Shown here one piece after another: positions 58,435 to 64,000 of a DNA stretch of 64,000 nucleotides. Made by a program: the position numbers and the translations under genes. The stretch is taken from NCBI GenBank assembly GCA_963724765.1, contig CAVRVY010000003.1, positions 480,001-544,000 of the forward strand, given 5' to 3'. How positions within the stretch are numbered: position 1 is the first letter of the stretch; the number at the start of each line of letters is the position of its first letter. The DNA is from an uncultured delta proteobacterium (lineage in GTDB: Bacteria > Desulfobacterota > Binatia > Binatales > Binataceae). A model generated the notes under the pieces. It did no database searches. It saw only the letters and a program-made list of their open reading frames with translations, and was not told the DNA's origin.

Positions 58435-58632
58435 ATGGCCAGAATTACCGTAGAAGATTGTCTGGAAAAGATTCCCAACCGCTTCGAACTCGTGCTGGGA
58501 GCCGCCAAGCGTGCCAAGCAACTACTCAAGGGTGCCCGCCCGCTGGTGGAAACTGACAACAAGGAAGTCGTCACGGCGCTTCGCGAGATCGCCGCGGGCA
58601 AGGTTTCGATCGAAAGGCCCGAAGAGGCCTGA
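58435..58632 (+). CDS. rpoZ: RNA polymerase omega subunit
   Basis: [32 protein letters not shown]. Confidence 0.96.
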   Translation: MARITVEDCLEKIPNRFELVLGAAKRAKQLLKGARPLVETDNKEVVTALREIAAGKVSIERPEEA

Positions 58633-58781
58633 TAGACGTCTGCATAGACCTCTGATAGAGGTCCTGACCGCCCCCTGATTCCTTGACCCGCCCAGGCGCT
58701 GTCGGACCGCGGGAACCGCGGGGCCTCAGCAGGCGATGGCGTCGCAGGCGCGGAAGTTCTGACCGTTCCGCGGAGCATCAG

Positions 58782-59969
58782 GTGGCGCGCAAACCATCCC
58801 GTCGCAAATCCACGGCCGATCACAAGGCCGATCCGATTCGAGTCGCCGCCCGTGCGACGCGCCGGCGCCGCACGGCTGCGGCGGCCGACGATGAAACGGC
58901 CCCGGTAGTCGAGGCCGAAATCGTCGAACCTAAAATCGTGAATCCCAAAATTGTCGACGATAATAGCCCGGGCGAAGCGGCGCCGCTGGCCGAGCTCGGT
59001 GAGATTGGCGAACTGCCCGAGGGATTCGCACGGGCCGGCGGTGGCGAGGCCGCCGTCGAGATCAGCGCCGAGGGTGGGCCCGAAGCGGCGCAGGACGCCG
59101 CTGAAGAGAGCGGCGGCGCGCTGGTCGCATTCGATCCGCTGGGCCGCTACCTTACCGAGATTCGGCGCTTTCCGCTGCTCAACCGCGAAGAAGAAATCGA
59201 AATCGCCAAGCGCTACGCGAAGCATCACGACCCGGCCGACGCCTATCGGCTGGTCACCGCCAATTTGCGCCTGGTGGTCAAAATCGCCAGCGAGTTCGCC
59301 CACGCCTCGCGCAACCTGCTCGACCTTATCCAGGAGGGCAACGTCGGCCTGATGGAGGCCGTGCGCAATTTCGACCCTTACCGCGGCATCCGCTTCCCGT
59401 CGTACGCGGTGTGGTGGGTGCGCGCCTACATCTACCGCTTCCTGATCAATAACTGGCGGCTGGTAAAGATCGGCACCACGCAGGCCCAGCGCAAACTCTT
59501 CTTCAACCTGCGCAAGGAGACCGAACGGCTGGAGGCCGAAGGCTTCACCGCGCAGCCGCTCCTGCTCGCCCAGCGCATGGGGGTCAAGGAAAGCGAAGTG
59601 CGCGAGATGCAGGAGCGAATGGCGCATAGCGAGGTCTCGCTCAACCAGCCGGTGCGCGAGGACGAGGCTGTCGAGTTGCTCGACGTGATTCCCGACAGCT
59701 CCGACACGCCCGAAGAGGCCGCCGCGCATGACGAATGGCGCACCTTCGCGCACGAAAAGATCGATCAGTTCGCGAGCACGCTCAAAGACAAGGAACTCGA
59801 GATCTTCCGGAGCCGGCTGCTCTCCGAAGATCCGCCTACCCTGCAGGAGGTCGGCGCCAGGTTCGGGATTAGCCGCGAGCGCGTACGCCAAATCGAGGCG
59901 CGGCTGAAAAAACGGCTCAAGCTCTTTCTCAAGTCACAGGCTTCCGATATCGAGCAGGCGGGGCCGTAG
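58782..59969 (+). CDS. rpoH: RpoH (sigma-32)-type sigma factor with long disordered N-terminus
   Basis: [21 protein letters not shown], RpoH box [19 protein letters not shown]; start uncertain. Confidence 0.85.
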   Translation: MARKPSRRKSTADHKADPIRVAARATRRRRTAAAADDETAPVVEAEIVEPKIVNPKIVDDNSPGEAAPLAELGEIGELPEGFARAGGGEAAVEISAEGGPEAAQDAAEESGGALVAFDPLGRYLTEIRRFPLLNREEEIEIAKRYAKHHDPADAYRLVTANLRLVVKIASEFAHASRNLLDLIQEGNVGLMEAVRNFDPYRGIRFPSYAVWWVRAYIYRFLINNWRLVKIGTTQAQRKLFFNLRKETERLEAEGFTAQPLLLAQRMGVKESEVREMQERMAHSEVSLNQPVREDEAVELLDVIPDSSDTPEEAAAHDEWRTFAHEKIDQFASTLKDKELEIFRSRLLSEDPPTLQEVGARFGISRERVRQIEARLKKRLKLFLKSQASDIEQAGP

Positions 59970-60082
59970 TCAGGGGCCGTAGTCGCGCGCCCGGGCCAGA
60001 CACCCCCCGTTGCTCCATCGCAACGCGGACGCGATAATGGCGTTGGGAAAGGGGGAGTGGGCGGCGCAGGCGGCCAGGCTTT

Positions 60083-60814
60083 ATGCGAGAGCGAACGTGC
60101 GCCCTGGTGGTGGTGGGCAATGAAGTCCTGTCAGGAAAGACACAGGACTCCAATTCGTATTTCGCTGCCCGCCAGTTGCGCGCCGTCGGCGTCGCGCTGC
60201 AACGGATCACGGTCATCCCCGACGAAATTCCGCTCATCGCTGAAGAGGTCAATTATTGCGCACGGCGCTACGACGTCGTGCTGACCTCCGGCGGCGTCGG
60301 CCCGACCCACGACGACGTCACGATGGACGGCGTCGCCGCGGCCTTCGGCCGCAGGCTCGCGATGCATCCGGAGCTCGAGCGCCTTATCCGCACGCACTTC
60401 GCCGATCGCCTTACGGCCGCCGCGCTCAAGATGGCGGCTGTGCCCGAAGGCGCCGTGCTTAATTCGGCGGGCGACCTGCGCTTTCCGACTATCCAGCTCG
60501 AGAACGTCTACATCCTGCCGGGCATCCCGCAAATCTTCGAGGCCAAGCTGAGCGCGCTGCTAGGCCGCTTCGCGACCTATCCTTATTACATGCGTACGAT
60601 CTATACTTCGGCCGGCGAGGGCGCGATTGCGGAACATCTTAACCAATGTCTTGCGCGCTACCCCGATCTTCTGCTGGGCTCTTATCCACGGGTCGGGGAT
60701 CCGGATTACCGGGTGAAGCTGACGCTCGAATCCAAGGACCGCGATTATCTGGAGCGAGCCTTTGCGCATTTGATCAGTCTTTTGCCGGGTGAGGTGGTGG
60801 TGAGGACCGAATAG
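60083..60814 (+). CDS. CinA N-terminal-like molybdopterin-binding domain protein
   Basis: GNEVLSG...DSNS, SGGVGPTHDDVT, LPGIP, GSYP. Confidence 0.88.
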   Translation: MRERTCALVVVGNEVLSGKTQDSNSYFAARQLRAVGVALQRITVIPDEIPLIAEEVNYCARRYDVVLTSGGVGPTHDDVTMDGVAAAFGRRLAMHPELERLIRTHFADRLTAAALKMAAVPEGAVLNSAGDLRFPTIQLENVYILPGIPQIFEAKLSALLGRFATYPYYMRTIYTSAGEGAIAEHLNQCLARYPDLLLGSYPRVGDPDYRVKLTLESKDRDYLERAFAHLISLLPGEVVVRTE

Positions 60815-60855
60815 TTTTTCATTCAGTCTATGTGGGGGAGGAGGAGGAAAGGGTT

Positions 60856-61506
60856 ATGAAGAAAGTTACGTGTCTGTTGGTGATGTTGGCGGCGGCGGCA
60901 ATAGCGCTGCCCGCGATGGCCCAGAGCCCGAATAACATCGGACAGAACCCCAATAACGCCGTCGTCGGCTCGCAGCCCGGCCAGGCGCAGGTGCCGCAGC
61001 CGTCCGATGGCAATGTCAACTGGAAGGGCGTGGGAATCGGCGCCGGCACCGTGGCCGGCAATATTCTGTACGTGCCCGCCAAGCTGGCCTACGGAATTCT
61101 CGGCGGAATTACCGGCGGAGCAAGCTACCTGCTGACCGGCGGCAATACGCAAACCGCCAATACCATCTGGCGCAGCTCGCTCGGCGGTGACTACGTGCTC
61201 ACGCCCGACATGGTAGCCGGACAGAAGCCGGTTCATTTCAGCGGGCCGACCATGACGACGCCACCGCCCGCGCCATCCACGTCGACGGCGGCGTCGGCAG
61301 GGAGCTCGGCGATGAACTGGACGCCGACGCAGTCTGCATCGTCAGCCGGGACGAGTTCGGTCAGCAGCGCGCCCATCGCCGGGAGTTCGACGACGGGCTC
61401 CGCGATGGCTCAGCCGGCGGATCATGGCACGGGGCCGGTTAGCTCGGGCAGAGCCACGAACGGCGGGGTCGCCGCGCCGCCGCTGCCGGGCACCAGTATC
61501 GAATAG
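60856..61506 (+). CDS. Secreted/membrane hypothetical protein with Ser/Thr/Pro tail
   Basis: Signal peptide, NILYVPAKL..GGDYVLTP core, strong GGAGG SD. Confidence 0.7.
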   Translation: MKKVTCLLVMLAAAAIALPAMAQSPNNIGQNPNNAVVGSQPGQAQVPQPSDGNVNWKGVGIGAGTVAGNILYVPAKLAYGILGGITGGASYLLTGGNTQTANTIWRSSLGGDYVLTPDMVAGQKPVHFSGPTMTTPPPAPSTSTAASAGSSAMNWTPTQSASSAGTSSVSSAPIAGSSTTGSAMAQPADHGTGPVSSGRATNGGVAAPPLPGTSIE

Positions 61507-61634
61507 ACTGGCAGAGTCCTGCGGTTGACCTGAGGCGAATTCCGGCGCTCTCGCGATGCGGGAGGGACGCCGGGATTCGCGAAGTTGCTCCCGGCTTGAA
61601 TTAATTTAGGCGACTAAGAACAGAAATAGCCCAA

Positions 61635-61985
61635 ATGAAGCAGGCACGTTTTCTCTGGAAATCGACCTGAACCACCTGCCGCAACGCAAGAGGTTTCTTG
61701 CGTGACGAACTAAAGGTGGAACTCGACGAGCGCGACTACGCCAAAGCGCCGCTCGGCGCGGGAGAGCTGAAGGCTCTTTTCGCCGGACGCGACCCGCGCG
61801 ACTTCCTCAACCCGAAGAGTCCGGTTTTCAAGGCGATGGGGCTCAAGGACAGGAAATTGACAGCGGCCGAGGCGCTGGCGCTGATGGCGAAAGAACCGAA
61901 CCTGATCAAACGTCCGCTGATCGTCGCGGGCGGCGAAATCGTCGCCGGCTTCGACCGGGAGCGCTTGCGCGCGCTGCTATCGTAG
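61635..61985 (+). CDS. ArsC/Spx/YffB-family selenoprotein (UxxC)
   Basis: MKQARFLWKST-U(TGA 61668)-TTCRNAR continues in frame into an ArsC-like body with PNLIKRPL and GF; downstream hairpin. Confidence 0.85.
61684..61703 (+). promoter_or_regulatory. Bacterial SECIS-like hairpin
   Basis: ACGCAAGA-GGTT-TCTTGCGT; G-first loop 21 nt after the UGA. Confidence 0.75.
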
Positions 61986-62074
61986 GATTTTTCGCTCGCG
62001 GAATTTTGCGCGGAATTTTGTTTGACGGGACTCGCGGCGCGCGGACCGCGCCCCACTGTTTGGGCAGTGGGCCG

Positions 62075-63130
62075 CTACGCGCGTTCAGCTCGCTCGGCTT
62101 TATCGGCGCGCTCGGGCTTCTCGGGCTTTTCGGACTTGTCGGCTCTTTCAGACTTGTCGGCTCTTTCTAACTTGTCGGCGCGCTCGGCGCGAGCCTCACT
62201 GCGGCTGTTATTGCCTTCGCCCTTCTCGGCGCGCGTCCCCGGTGAATGAATCTTCGCCGTGGTCAGAACCTCGACGAATTTCCGCACCGCCGGCGAAAGC
62301 TCCCGTCCGCGCTTGTAGATAATGGCGAGCGGTCGGGTAAAGGTGCCCTCGGCAAATTCGAGCATCTTGAGCGAGCCCCGGGTAGTCTCGTGCTCGACCG
62401 TGGACAGCGGCACAATCGCCACGCCCTGTCCGATTTCGACCGCGCGCTTGATGGTCTCGATGTTGTCGAACTCCATCGTGTACTGGGGCTTAACGCCGTA
62501 TTCGCGCAAAATGCGGTCGGAAGCCTTGCGGGTGGCGATATCGCGTTCGTAGCCGACGAATTTCTGCCCAACCAGGTCGCTCACGCTGACCTTGTTATGC
62601 TTGGCCAAAGGGTCGTCGGGCGGGACCACCAGCACCAGTTCGTCATGCCGAAAGGCGATCGTAACGATCTGGCTGCGCTTGGCCGGGTAGGCGACCACGC
62701 CGAGATCGATTTTACCCTCGACTAGGTCCTCATAAATCTTGTTGGAGCGCAGGTACTCCAGATGCACGTTTACTTGTGGGTAAGTGCGCAGGAACTCGGT
62801 CAGGTATGGCGGTAACTCGTGCAATCCGACGCTATAGACCGTGCCGACCCGGATCGAACCCGCCACCACCGAACCGATTTCGCGCAGCCGGTTTTCCAAC
62901 TCCATAAATCGGCGCACGATTTCCTTGCTCGAGTTATAGAGTATCTGCCCGGCCGGAGTCGGTTTGACACCCGCGCGCGCCCGTTCTAACAATCGACACT
63001 CGTACTTCTCCTCCAGGCTGCGCACTTGCTGGCTGACCGCCGACTGGGTGACGAAGTTTTGCGAGGCGGCATAAGAAACGCTGCCGCTCTCGATGATGTC
63101 GCAGAAGACCTTAAGTGTCTCGATATGCAT
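62075..63130 (-). CDS. LysR-family regulator with repetitive charged C-terminal tail
   Basis: TQSAVSQQVRSLE HTH, substrate-binding domain; tail of ERADK repeats. Confidence 0.92.
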   Translation of the reverse strand: MHIETLKVFCDIIESGSVSYAASQNFVTQSAVSQQVRSLEEKYECRLLERARAGVKPTPAGQILYNSSKEIVRRFMELENRLREIGSVVAGSIRVGTVYSVGLHELPPYLTEFLRTYPQVNVHLEYLRSNKIYEDLVEGKIDLGVVAYPAKRSQIVTIAFRHDELVLVVPPDDPLAKHNKVSVSDLVGQKFVGYERDIATRKASDRILREYGVKPQYTMEFDNIETIKRAVEIGQGVAIVPLSTVEHETTRGSLKMLEFAEGTFTRPLAIIYKRGRELSPAVRKFVEVLTTAKIHSPGTRAEKGEGNNSRSEARAERADKLERADKSERADKSEKPEKPERADKAERAERA

Positions 63131-63247
63131 ACGAATTAGGTTCTTATATAAGGTTAATTGATACCTGGAGCGGAGGCAATATGGCCGCCGGCTGCCGCAA
63201 TTGACCCTCCAGTTACTGCCCCGGCATTTCTTCTCAGGAGTCACAAG

Positions 63248-64000
63248 ATGGCGGATTCATTAAAAGATTTGGATTTTTTTGACCTTGACGAGATGCTCGG
63301 CCATGAGGAACGGATGGTCCGCGATATGGTACGCCAGTTCGTCCAGCGCGAGGTCCTCCCGACTATTGAGCGCAACTTTGCCAGCGAAACTTTCCCCAAG
63401 GAGCTGGTGCCGCAGATGGCCGAGCTTGGATTTTTCGGCGCTAATCTCAAGGGTTACGGATGCGCCGGCATGAACAACATCGCCTACGGCCTGATCATGC
63501 AGGAACTCGAGGCCGGCGACTCGGGCTTGCGCTCGTTCGCTTCTGTGCAAAGCGCGCTCGCGATGTACTCGATTTACGCGTGGGGCTCGGAGGCGCAAAA
63601 ACGCCGCTACCTGCCCGAGATGGCCAAGGGCAAGCTTATCGGATGCTTCGGACTGACCGAGCCCGACCATGGCTCGGACCCCGGCGGGATGGAGACGCGG
63701 GCGCGGCGCGACGGCGACGGATGGGTGCTCAACGGGACCAAGCGCTGGATCACCAACGGCTCGATCGCCGACGTGGCGGTGGTCTACGCCAAGGTTCCCG
63801 AGGGCATCACCGGCTTCCTAGTCGAACGCGGCAAGCCCGGCTTCACCACTAGCGACATCCATGGCAAGTTCTCGATGCGCTCGTCGATAACTTCAGAACT
63901 GGTATTTGAGGATGTCCGGCTTGATGATTCCGCGCGACTACCCGAGGCGCGCGGCCTGCGCGCGCCGCTCTCCTGCCTGACGCAAGCGCGTTACGGAATT
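63248..64000 (+). CDS. gcdH: Acyl-CoA dehydrogenase, glutaryl-CoA dehydrogenase-like (3' partial)
   Basis: YGLIMQELEAGDSGLRS..SVQSAL, GCFGLTEPDHGSDPGGM, WITNG; AGGAG SD; runs off the window. Confidence 0.85.
   Translation, partial: MADSLKDLDFFDLDEMLGHEERMVRDMVRQFVQREVLPTIERNFASETFPKELVPQMAELGFFGANLKGYGCAGMNNIAYGLIMQELEAGDSGLRSFASVQSALAMYSIYAWGSEAQKRRYLPEMAKGKLIGCFGLTEPDHGSDPGGMETRARRDGDGWVLNGTKRWITNGSIADVAVVYAKVPEGITGFLVERGKPGFTTSDIHGKFSMRSSITSELVFEDVRLDDSARLPEARGLRAPLSCLTQARYGI

Noticed and set aside
61535-61580. Intrinsic terminator after the 60856 gene
   Set aside because: A real 13-bp inverted repeat but no U-tract on either strand; left unassigned

Overview
High-GC bacterial chromosome segment of mostly metabolic and housekeeping genes. 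The gene complement and style suggest a Binatota/deltaproteobacterial-type diderm (inference only). I found no rRNA, tRNA, CRISPR array, transposase or prophage. Main blocks: Mo-hydroxylase large subunit with CoxD/CoxE-like maturation genes; FecR plus CHASE2 cyclase; guaB-ddl-rdgB-GT-mscS; ftsB-MFS-hemJ; a GNAT-like gene divergent from a hybrid kinase; an aminotransferase with glcDEF; an arsM pseudogene; a SAM-I-riboswitch-controlled sulfur-carrier operon followed by cysC-sat; two LtaS-like sulfatases; prx, otsAB, core-MetE/OsmC/rhodanese, rpoZ, rpoH, LysR and gcdH. The most notable signals lie outside the ORF track. (1) The guaB leader has a promoter, a leaderless 24-codon uORF running through an intrinsic terminator, and A/G alternative start sites, suggesting a GTP-sensing attenuator. 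(2) Two complementary half-degenerate MoeB/ThiF genes resemble a heterodimeric E1. (3) A 31-aa Lys-rich ORF is looped out of a 16-bp long-range RNA helix and has its own promoter and terminator. (4) An ArsC/Spx-family gene has a UxxC motif and a SECIS-like hairpin. (5) A C-rich-loop sRNA candidate. Several unannotated small ORFs are also present.
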